Virus record (IMG/VR): IMGVR_UViG_3300013383_000026
Location: 1-64,000 of that record
Length of the DNA: 64,000 bases
Direction: 5' to 3' (one strand)
DNA from: a virus
Lineage: Duplodnaviria > Caudoviricetes
Position numbers and translations under genes: made by a program. The notes under the pieces are model-generated. The model saw only the letters and a list, made by a program, of their open reading frames with translations. It was not told the DNA's origin and ran no database searches. The first letter of the stretch is position 1, and each line of letters opens with the position of its first letter. This document shows, in pieces, positions 46,191 to 55,607 of the stretch.

Positions 46191-46574
46191 TTATTTTGTA
46201 CTCAGTACACCATCAACAATCGTCAAACCATTGCCTATTTTAACACCACCTAATTCAGTGGCAGAAGCAACAGGTAATACATATTCATCTGGGCTACTTG
46301 TAGAAATAACAAAAGCCTTACTCATACCAGCGGGAGGAACGAATACAGGATATTTTTTATTTATCTTAGGAGCATAATCGCCATAATAAGATAAGTTATA
46401 TCCAATAGTATTTATGTCTACTACGCAAGTATTATTACTTTTTACTTCTGTTACTACACCAAATAATATGTTGGGTGTTGATTTTTTTATGGCGGCATCA
46501 ACAATTATTTTTATCGCATCAAGTATTTCTTTTTGGACTTTTGTATCTGCCATTACTTCACCTTTATTATCCAA
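46191..46574 (-). CDS. Tail-associated protein
   Basis: YVLPVAS.TELGGVKIG.GL.I.DGVLS motif. Confidence 0.6.
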   Translation of the reverse strand: MDNKGEVMADTKVQKEILDAIKIIVDAAIKKSTPNILFGVVTEVKSNNTCVVDINTIGYNLSYYGDYAPKINKKYPVFVPPAGMSKAFVISTSSPDEYVLPVASATELGGVKIGNGLTIVDGVLSTK

Positions 46575-46607
46575 AGGGGCAAGATTAACTTACCCCTTAT
46601 CAATTTT

Positions 46608-49600
46608 TCATGCTCTCGCATAGCTATATTGATATGCAAGATTCTTTAAGCCATCTAAAAACTCACCAGCATTAGAAACGCCCGGCAATTCAAGCCGACC
46701 AATATCAAATGAATAATTAGTCACTACTGCTCGACCTATATTAGACAAAACATCCTTAACATTGAGACTAGATAGCGCCATAAGATTCTTTGTTGCTTCA
46801 GCCGGAATTATACCATCACCATGCCCAATCACACGCATCTCAGGGCCATTTTCACCAACTAAGGACAAGCCACCTCTGGCATTAGTTGTACCATGAGCAT
46901 ATTTGCCCGTTAACTGGTCAACTTCTCTTTGAGCCTTTGCTATGGCATCAAGATTCTGAATATACTGGAAACGACCGCCAGTAAATGCCAATATCCTATT
47001 CTCTTTGGCTTTAGCTAAATCGCTTAATTTCTCTTCAAGTTGAATCTGCTCTTCGAGAGACTGATTTTGATACTTATATATCTCTTCTTCATGTTGCCAA
47101 TAATCATCTTTAGCATCGGCAAGATTCTTTAAGTATCTTTCATTCATTATCTCTAAATCACGATAATATTGTGCTTCAGAGATAATATCCATATTCAGCC
47201 AGTGTTTCTTTTCTTTCAGCCATTCATCAAAATTCTTCTTTAAGTCCTCGCCAGAGCCGGGAAGCGCCGTAACACCAGAATAAGTCGGGTCATTTCGTCT
47301 ATCAGGATATTTAGGATTATTCTTAGTACCATTAGCCATAGCCGGGATAGGATTCTCAGCTACATCGTCAACTGTTAGCTTGCGATCTTTAAGAATATCT
47401 TGAGTTTGTCTCGCCGTATAAATCTTAGCACCTTTAGGTATTGGCTGAACGGTTTCTTTGCCGTCATTATAAATCTGCCCAACACCATTATGTACGACTA
47501 ATTCGCCGGAGGAACCATTGACAGGCGCACCGTCATTTATTAATGCCAATCCACCGGGAGCCGATTTGGCACCCTTGGCAAATTTATAAGCGCCCGTTTT
47601 TGTGTAGTTAACGGTAACATTTATTGTTTTATCGTGGAGCGAATTCAGTTCATTCTTTACAAGATTAATAGCTTGTAAAGCATTAAAAGCATTACAAGAA
47701 ACAGAAAATGATTTATCGCTAATATGATAGTTTTGTACTATCCTAAGAGACGTCATAGCTGAACTCGTATTGGCTCTAACATTGACAACAGGCTGGTAAG
47801 AAGTCAATGCTTGTGCTGTAGATTGAACAACTTGTAATTGTCCAGCAACCTCGACAGCATTGGTTGTTATCTCAACATTAACACCAGCAATTATATTGTT
47901 GACTTCTTGAACAACCGAATTGATTTGGTCTTTAGCTGCGGATACATCAGCCTCAAGCGTTACTTTAACTGTTTTGCCGTTTACCTTATCTATCCAACTA
48001 TCAATTTCTTGCAGAGCAGTAGCAAGTGCTTGACCCTCTTCTGCTGTAGTAACAGTTATTTGCTTTTGTTCATCCTCAGTATCAAGAGAGTTTAATTTAG
48101 CATTAGCCTCATCCGCATTCGTCTCGACGTTAATGTTTTTATCGCTAAACTTGATACCCTCGGCTTCTACCAATTTAGCTATAAAATCGTCTATATTACC
48201 GATTTTAGATAAATCAATAGCTCCGCTCTCTGCTAGACTCAGTAATGCCGTTTTTAGTCCCTCAACAGAAGTTATACCTAATTCAGAATTATTAACAAGT
48301 GCTTTAGCAACCTCTCCTATCGCACTTGAGCTATTCCTCATGTGGTCGGGGAAATTAGCTAGAGCTTTGTCCACTGTTTCGACTGATTTATTGTATTCGT
48401 CTAATGCAGCTTGCCCATTTTTATAAGCTTCCAGAAGGCTATTGTAGCCTGATAGCCAGCTCAACTCAGCATCGGACAATTTTTCACCAGTTTCTAACCT
48501 AGCTTCTAACCCATCGGCTATTGCCTTATTTGAATCTATATAGCTTTTTGCCAGATTTAGCTGTTCTTGTGTAGGCTTAACGCTTTTGCTTATGTTGTCA
48601 GCCAAATCTTGAAATGCCGACGAAGCATCCTCTAAACTGGTAGTGACATCTTCTATATGATAGCCATAATCATTTATCTCAGCTATCATTTCTTCGGTAG
48701 ACTTAATAGTGCCATTCGCCTTAACCCACGAAAGTCCTAACGCATTAGCATATTGCTCGGCAGCATCCGTCGCATCGTGAAATGTGCTAGGTAACTTTTC
48801 TAGGGCGGCTTGCTGGTCGGGAGGCAACTCCGCCCTTTTTATGCGGATTTTATCTTCTGCAACGCCAAAAGACGTGGACGATGTATCTCTAGCCGTCACA
48901 CCCATTTTAACGCCGTCTTTGGCAGCTTCTTGGTATGCTCCTATTGCCGCCTCAGTTTGCCTCTGTTTTTCGAGGTCTATAAGTTGCTCATAATATTCTA
49001 TCTGGTCTTGAAGAACTTCTATTTCATGCTGTTGCTCACTTGTTCTATCGGCATATGACGTATTATTCAATTCATCAAGCTTCTTCTTTGCATTATCTAA
49101 ACTCTGCTGATATTCATCTGCCTTTTGTTTAGATTCGTCAAAGTCACCCATGAATTTATCGAATTTGCCATCTGCATCTTTAATAGCCTTAACGATTAAT
49201 ATAATAGCCGCCGCGATCGCGCCAAGCCCTAGTGCAATTACTGTCCATTTAGCTCCGCCAGCTAATGCGGCAAACGCCTCGATGCCACTAGTAGCCGATT
49301 TAATAGTAGTAGCAATTTGTGCTATTTTGCTGATAAATTCACCAGCTATACCAGTAATGCCAGTAATCGCACCGCCAAATAATACCGCCTTGGCAACGGC
49401 TTGCCCCATATCGGTATTGGCAAATTCAAGTAATTTTGTGCCAGCGTCTAATATCGACCCAATAAATTCTTTTGTAACAGTATTAGATGCAAAATTTTCA
49501 TATGCGGCTTTAAGATTCTGTAATTTTGCCTCTATAGATTCCATATAAGAGGCGTTTTCATTCATTGCGGAATTTTGTGAATCATAGGCCGTATTAGTGG

Positions 49601-52600
49601 CATTTATAGCCGCTTGGAAGTTATTCATGACTGCGCCAAATACTTCAAACTGGTTCTTACCAGCATAAGCCAATGCTATAGACTGCTGTTCAGAACTTGA
49701 CATATTATCCCAGTCGGATTTCAAATCCTTGAATATCTGGAATGTCGATTTCATATCTCCCGTGGTTTCATCCATTAGAGATAAAGATTTTGTTACGCCG
49801 CCAACTTTATATTCAATTTCTCCTGCATCATTGGCGGCCGAAGCAAAGTTGTTACCGATGGTTCTAAGCAATTAATTTCTCATATGTTTCCATATAAGTC
49901 AGACTATTTCTTCACCCTCAACATTACTTGTAGGGGCAACCCGTTTTGCTTTCGCTACTCTATAAAAGATAGTCGTTTGACACATCCCTATTCGGGACTT
50001 TGCGACCAAACACCCATTGCTACGATACTTAGGCTTTTGACCATATACCATCTCTATTGTTGTTTTACTTTCGTTACATTCATATTTGCATATTTCATCA
50101 AATATTGTAGTAATAGAGCTTTAGGGGTTACTGGTTTTAGGGTTGTGCTTAAATGCACATTACTGTACATTGGGGGCTATAATTCCATCGTAATTATTGT
50201 TACCCTCGTGCAACTTTTGTGGCTTGTCCGGTCATAATTTCCGTGCCTGCCGTAACTACATTTGTTATTAATAGAAGGTCGTTAATCTTCTATGAATTGT
50301 ATAATTTTTTCTTTATAAGTTTCGTCTTGTATATCTTTATAACTTATTCTTAATAACGGGATATTCCATTGTTTGCAATACTCGTTTTTTATAATATCGT
50401 GCTTTTGTGTGGCTTCAAAAGTTTTTTGAGCAACTTCATTGCTAATTTGATTAAAATTACATGGCTTAAAATGTCCCTCTCCATCAACCTCTATTAGCCC
50501 CTGATTTTTCTCTATCCAGAAATCAAAAGGCAAAGGGATGACATCTTTACATGAATTTATTCTATATTGATAAATATATCTTATATTATTATCATCTAAG
50601 AATTGCTTAACAATTCTTTCGTATCTTGAGCTACTTTTTGCACATTTATCACAAGTTATTTTGCCCTGATAAAAAGAAGAAATTGATGTTGTAAATATAT
50701 CGCCACATTGACATCGGCATTTTATACCTTGCCGCGTCCATTTTTTATCATCACAAAAATCAATAACCTCGGATTTTATACCTCTGGTTCGGGCATAAAG
50801 ATTAGCATTATAGATATAATTCTTTTTATTGGTTCTAACATCAAAAATAGCTATTTGACGGCCTGATTTTAGTTTATTATAAGAAATAAAACCCTTATAA
50901 CCATCCTTATCCTCGACCTCTAAATATTCATTTCTTAAAAAGAACTCTGGCTCATTTAGAACTGTATATCCTTTAGCTCTAAAAAATTCCAATGTCTCCT
51001 GTTTGTCTTTACGATGTGATTTTCCGCGATTTTTTATAGCACATTTATTACATTCAGAAACATATGTTAACGTTTGAAGATTATCCCACGTTTTATTAAA
51101 CACATTTCCACATTTACATCGCATAGTTATTAGGACTCGTTTGTGCTTTGATTTGGTTATTATTTCTATGCTTAATATTTCAGCATTGGGGTCTTTCTTC
51201 TTTATAAATGTTTCTATATTTTCTTTCCAAAAAGGATTGGATAGAGAAAAGAACCTTTTACTCGTAGACTTGCCTTGCTTATGCGTAATATCTACGACAC
51301 TACACCAACTCTTCAACCCATCTTTTTCACAACAAATATTTTGCTGAGTATTTATATATTCTTCTTCAGGTGTTAAAATATGATAGCCAAATTTATTCAA
51401 TCTTTCCTTAATTTCTTCATAACTTAATTTATCCAATTATACAACTCCTCATACCTTTCGTATAAGATTAGATTATATCTTACATTCTTTAATAGAATGT
51501 CAACCCATTTCCCCAAACTTTTGGGTATGCCACTAACGACAATGGACTTACTAATCGTTGAACCTTCATCTAGTATCTATAGATGCTTGGCTGCTGATTG
51601 CCCAATCCTTATCTTTGTCACCATACCAAGTTCATTGCGCTTGCCGTTATAATATTTCTATTATAATTTGGTAGATAAGGCTCTAAGGGGTTCCCAGTCA
51701 ATTAGGGTTGTTTTAATAGACCAAGTTTTAGCCTATGGTTTGTTCAAAATCATTGCCCAAAACGCCCATTGCAGAGCTGGTTTTAGACAGAGCCGTAGCA
51801 ACATCCGTAGACGAAACAGCAAAATTATTACTGACGGCATTGATACTATCTATAATGTGAATCGCGTCCTCAGCAGGAATATTGAACGCCTTCATTTGAG
51901 ATATTATAATCGCCGCACTATCACTTGCAGATATTGCATCATCAGCAACGTTCTGGTATAATGTTGCTACTTGTGCCAGAGTCGCGGAATCTTCATCATT
52001 GAATGAGTTTTTGCGAAATTCCAATAAATGTTCAGTAAGTTCGTTAAGCTTACCAGCAGCACTACCCGCATCTTATAGTTTCCTACAAGTTCAGACTATA
52101 TCTTTATCTATTAACAAATAGATATGGGGCGCTTCGATTTCACTTGAAACCTACAGATATTATTTCAATCTTAGTCGTTGAACCTTCCAATAACTCAATA
52201 TTGGCTTGGCTGCTGATTACCCAATTCTTACAATTATCACGCTTTGGTATGTAAGACTCTAAGGGTTTCCCAGCAATTCACCCCATTCATTATATATGTT
52301 GCCATATACTCAACCAAATTATTTAGTTGCTGCCTCAATCATTTCTGACTGATTAATTAAGGCCAAAAATAATGTTCATCAAAAAATTCACCATACTGCT
52401 CAAGCCCCTCTTCCTCATCAGTTTTTATTTGAGTCCCAGAAGAAGTATGCTTATTACTGTCATTTGTTTTGGGCTTTGTAACTAATGAATGTATAATACT
52501 TGCAAAAAATGTAATATACACAACCGGCACAATAATCACTACAACAATAATCACCATAAACATATAATCAACCTCCTTTGGTTGATTCGACTATAACACA

Positions 52601-53790
52601 TAATGAATCTTTTGTCAAGTAGTTTTCAATTACTTATCGACTATTTCTTCATCCCATAAATTGGTGGACTGCTCTGTATAGTCTGTTGACACATCCCTCA
52701 TCAGGACTTCGCGCCCAATCTGCCCTTTTGTCCCGTTTATTATATAATATTCGTGACATAATACTTAGGTCTTTCGACCATATATCATCCTTGCCGTTTT
52801 ATTGATTTCTCACCATGTAATTGCATGATTTTATATTATATGGAGAAAATCTACGCATTTTTTACAGCGAGGTTATGTGTACTTCAACACATTTCTCCAA
52901 CGACTTTTATACAAATTTACATATTTTCACACTTAGGCTTATCTCATCCTTATGTTGTAGTGACAAGGCTCTTGAGGCTTTCAAGGGTTTAGGAGCTATT
53001 CTTCGTGCTGGTTTACCATCCCATCACGGCGGCTCAGAAAAGTTAACCGCTACGTCCAACTTGCTTACCCATATCGGCAAGCTTTTTCGTATAATTATCT
53101 AACGACTTACCAGACAAGTCAGAGACTTTCTTAACGTTATATTCAGCACAGTTCGCTACACCATGCCCGTCTTATTGACCGCTTTATATCTCTATAAAGA
53201 CTAGACTATATCTTCATCTTATTAAAGATGTCTGCCGCTGTCTTGCGCTTGCAAGCACTTAGTCGTTGAGCCTTCTTCATAATTATATCACATCGCCACA
53301 TATAAATCAATATAATTTTAGAAGCTTGGTTGCTGATTGCCCATTATTATAACACTTAGGATTTAACCATATGTCATGCTCATACTTTTTTCTGCTTTCG
53401 CCACTATCACATCCATCATTTCTAATCATGCTGTAGTGTATAAGCCTTTAGGGGTTTCCAGCAATTCGACAGATATTTGTTCTATTATTTCACAATAATA
53501 GTGAGCTATTTTGTTAACTCTGTTTGTGCAGAATCTAACTTCTTTGTCTGTTCGGCCATACTAGTTATTGCTTTGGCACAGTTATCTAATATGAGTCTGT
53601 ACTGTTGATAAGTTAAACCAGCGGCCTTGGCGCTTTCACTGGCCTTTTCTGTCGCTTCGCCCAGTTTCCCAACTTCTTCAGTACCACTCGCCTTAACCGT
53701 TAACTTGCTTTGCTTTTCTTGTAGTTTAGCATCAATCTCGCTAGTATCAAGGTCAACGCCAACTTTAATTTTCCATGCACTATTCGCCAA
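46608..53790 (-). CDS. Tape measure protein split by 5 group I introns; exons 53517-53790, 53046-53134, 52325-52348, 51730-52021, 50203-50258, 46608-49868 (1331 aa spliced)
   Basis: Joined exons total 3996 nt in frame and give continuous TMP motifs: QTE|FKKVSDL, VGRSG|SEMIEAAT|EFRKNSF, FEQTIG|LVTAGTE, KVARG|LRTIGNN; hydrophobic middle segment; long helical C-terminal part. Confidence 0.85.
49869..50202 (-). mobile_element. Group I intron, TMP intron 5 (334 nt, ORF-less; non-canonical 5' register)
   Basis: P3 CAACCC/GGGTTG; P7 GACTAT/ATAGTC; S-like GAAGAAATAGTC; terminal G 49869; P1 GGGU/GCCC. Confidence 0.85.
50259..51729 (-). mobile_element. Group I intron, TMP intron 4 (1471 nt) with endonuclease ORF near the 3' end
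   Basis: P AATTGACTGGGAACCCC; Q AATCAGCAGCCAAG; R GTTCAACGATTAG; S AAGATATAATCT; P1 AUAGGCU/GGUCUAU; terminal G 50259. Confidence 0.88.
50282..51436 (-). CDS. Intron-encoded putative homing endonuclease (Vsr/EDxHD-like PD-(D/E)xK, Cys-rich N-terminal repeats)
   Basis: LPFDF, IEVDGEGH, HD..KNEYC..WNIPLLRISY; C.CG repeats; RBS overlaps a GAAA-tetraloop hairpin. Confidence 0.8.
   Translation of the reverse strand: MDKLSYEEIKERLNKFGYHILTPEEEYINTQQNICCEKDGLKSWCSVVDITHKQGKSTSKRFFSLSNPFWKENIETFIKKKDPNAEILSIEIITKSKHKRVLITMRCKCGNVFNKTWDNLQTLTYVSECNKCAIKNRGKSHRKDKQETLEFFRAKGYTVLNEPEFFLRNEYLEVEDKDGYKGFISYNKLKSGRQIAIFDVRTNKKNYIYNANLYARTRGIKSEVIDFCDDKKWTRQGIKCRCQCGDIFTTSISSFYQGKITCDKCAKSSSRYERIVKQFLDDNNIRYIYQYRINSCKDVIPLPFDFWIEKNQGLIEVDGEGHFKPCNFNQISNEVAQKTFEATQKHDIIKNEYCKQWNIPLLRISYKDIQDETYKEKIIQFIED
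52022..52324 (-). mobile_element. Group I intron, TMP intron 3 (303 nt, ORF-less)
   Basis: P GAATTGCTGGGAAACCC; Q AATCAGCAGCCAAG; R GTTCAACGACTA; S AAGATATAGTCT; P1 CAACU/GGUUG. Confidence 0.9.
52357..52563 (-). CDS. Intron-borne 68-aa single-pass membrane protein
   Basis: RBS AAAGGAGGT; N-terminal hydrophobic MFMVIIVVVIIVPVVYITFFASII; acidic C-terminus; no nuclease motif. Confidence 0.7.
   Translation of the reverse strand: MFMVIIVVVIIVPVVYITFFASIIHSLVTKPKTNDSNKHTSSGTQIKTDEEEGLEQYGEFFDEHYFWP
52590..52618 (-). promoter_or_regulatory. sigma-A promoter inside TMP intron 2
   Basis: TTGACA (52618-52613)-17-TATAGT (52595-52590). Confidence 0.8.
53135..53516 (-). mobile_element. Group I intron, TMP intron 1 (382 nt, ORF-less)
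   Basis: P GAATTGCTGGAAACCCC; Q AATCAGCAACCAAG; R GCTCAACGACTA; S AAGATATAGTCT; P1 GAGU/GCUC. Confidence 0.9.
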
Positions 53791-53805
53791 TATCCATCAC
53801 ACTCC

Positions 53806-54339
53806 TTATTGTGATTTATTCTCTTGGCTACGTCTATATTTTACAATTTGACTATAAGCTATAAGTATGCCCTCGGCAATATCATCATCATTTAATTTGC
53901 TTTTAGGCGAAACCCAATTAAGCTTAATGCCAAACTCATCATTCACCGTCTGTACGGCTTTCTGTTTAAGTATATCTCTTTGTAATCCTTGTCGAGTACC
54001 ATCATATAAGTCAAGCTCTTTTCGCCAATGAACGGGTAAAAGAAATATTGGTTTACAATTATATTGACTACATAAAGCCAATATCATACCTTGCATAGCG
54101 CCTAATTTTACCAATGTTGACGAGCCGGGCTTTAATGGCACATCTTCTACATACGCCTTTATTGGGTGGTATTTGCGTATTATATCACCCAATGATGTTG
54201 CTTGTTCTTCTATACGTTCTCGCCAATCTTTATTCTTTGGCTTAATTTTGCCGTATGCTATAAGACCAGATTTATCAAATATACTATATCCAGTACAAGA
54301 TGTAGATAAATCTAAGCCCATAATACAATTACTTCTCAT
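53806..54339 (-). CDS. RuvC-like Holliday junction resolvase
   Basis: GLDLSTSCTGYS, YVED, DDIAEGILIA. Confidence 0.8.
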   Translation of the reverse strand: MRSNCIMGLDLSTSCTGYSIFDKSGLIAYGKIKPKNKDWRERIEEQATSLGDIIRKYHPIKAYVEDVPLKPGSSTLVKLGAMQGMILALCSQYNCKPIFLLPVHWRKELDLYDGTRQGLQRDILKQKAVQTVNDEFGIKLNWVSPKSKLNDDDIAEGILIAYSQIVKYRRSQENKSQ

Positions 54340-54837
54340 TTAATCCTCATGCGATGTTTTAACCGGGTCGCCACTCGCTTTCTTTATAGGTAGTCCAGCC
54401 CGTTTCATACCACGCTGATATAATTCAACTATTTTATTTTTACTGAACCATTTATCTGTTTTCCTCCATGCGTTACGCTTAGTTGGCCTATGAAACAAAC
54501 CCGGCCCACTTTGATATATTAAATCTGCCATTTCATCAGCCATTGATTCTCCATATATATCAGTGTGTTGCAAATCATCGGCATTAACAGATAAATTGCT
54601 TGGCTCAAAATAAAATTCGCCTTCAACTGATTTGCCAGATTTTGAGTGGTCTATATCCCAAGCCAACTTAAAATCATCTGTGCGCTTATAAACATCGGGT
54701 GAATAAGCATCATAAACTGTTTTTTGCACTCGCTTTTCGTTCTCTATGAGCAATTCGCCCATCATATAATTCATAGCTTGGTCAAGTCTATCAGTTGCGG
54801 CTTCGGATAATTCTTCATCGTTTTCAAACGTTGGCAT
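54340..54837 (-). CDS. Probable tail completion/neck protein
   Basis: VYDAY.P..Y.RT motif; position in the morphogenesis module. Confidence 0.55.
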   Translation of the reverse strand: MPTFENDEELSEAATDRLDQAMNYMMGELLIENEKRVQKTVYDAYSPDVYKRTDDFKLAWDIDHSKSGKSVEGEFYFEPSNLSVNADDLQHTDIYGESMADEMADLIYQSGPGLFHRPTKRNAWRKTDKWFSKNKIVELYQRGMKRAGLPIKKASGDPVKTSHED

Positions 54838-55261
54838 TTCCGATAACGTCCTTAATGCCTATACCTTTAAGCTGTTCAAGTAATTCAGGTATATTTTGAG
54901 CTATATCAGCTATCATCCTAACAGGCGATTCATAATGCTTAATCGCGTCGTAAATATCAGAGAAGTTAATTATATGCAACATAACTTCGCTATAAAGCCC
55001 ACTACTTGCAACCATATCGGGGTCGAGTTCTTCAATCTTACTCTCGCCAATATCAGTCGCATAGCACAGCACTTTATAGCAAATCATCTGCTCGCGCTCA
55101 AGCCAAGTGCCAAGATTAATCACGGTCTTAGCAATATCTTCAACTTGCGTCGGTGTTAAATAAGGATTAACTTTAACATCGTATTCTTCGAGATATACTT
55201 TCTTTGCTTTTAATTCCTTCATTTCCTTTTGTCTCCTTTTATTTCTCAAACTTGTAGCCAT
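54824..55261 (-). CDS. Probable tail assembly chaperone (start may be ATG 55219)
   Basis: V.V.PYLT..Q motif; lies between the tail and tape measure genes. Confidence 0.5.
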   Translation of the reverse strand: MATSLRNKRRQKEMKELKAKKVYLEEYDVKVNPYLTPTQVEDIAKTVINLGTWLEREQMICYKVLCYATDIGESKIEELDPDMVASSGLYSEVMLHIINFSDIYDAIKHYESPVRMIADIAQNIPELLEQLKGIGIKDVIGNANV

Positions 55262-55544
55262 TCTTTATTTTCTTTACTTTTACATATTGAGGAATATCAT
55301 CAAAGGGATTGTCATAAGGTCTAACAACTCCATCCATATTAATATATAGTTTTCCATGCCGAACAAATTCTACTTTAGTATAACCCTTCGGCACATCAAT
55401 CATTTCATCGCTCATATACTTACATACCTCTTTGGCTCGGCTTATTTCTTTCCAACCCATTATCTTATCACACCAATACATAGCAATACATACATCATTT
55501 AATTTCTTGCATTTATTGCCATCATATCTATATTGACAACTCAT
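55239..55544 (-). CDS. Hypothetical Cys-containing protein
   Basis: RBS AAGGAG; ORF. Confidence 0.6.
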   Translation of the reverse strand: MSCQYRYDGNKCKKLNDVCIAMYWCDKIMGWKEISRAKEVCKYMSDEMIDVPKGYTKVEFVRHGKLYINMDGVVRPYDNPFDDIPQYVKVKKIKNGYKFEK

Positions 55545-55556
55545 TATTATCTCCTT

Positions 55557-55593
55557 AAAAAATAAGGAGGCTAGAATCGACTAACCTCCTTAT
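55557..55593 (-). terminator. Terminator after the major tail gene
   Basis: ATAAGGAGG / CCTCCTTAT hairpin with a T-run on the minus strand. Confidence 0.65.
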
Positions 55594-55607
55594 AAATTAA
55601 TTCTTAT

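Larger units (their letters stand above)
52349..53045 (-). mobile_element. Group I intron, TMP intron 2 (697 nt) carrying a promoter and a small membrane-protein gene
   Basis: P1 GCGGU/GCCGC; P7 GACTAT/ATAGTC; S GAAGAAATAGTC; terminal G 52349 restores G|SEMIEAAT. Confidence 0.8.
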
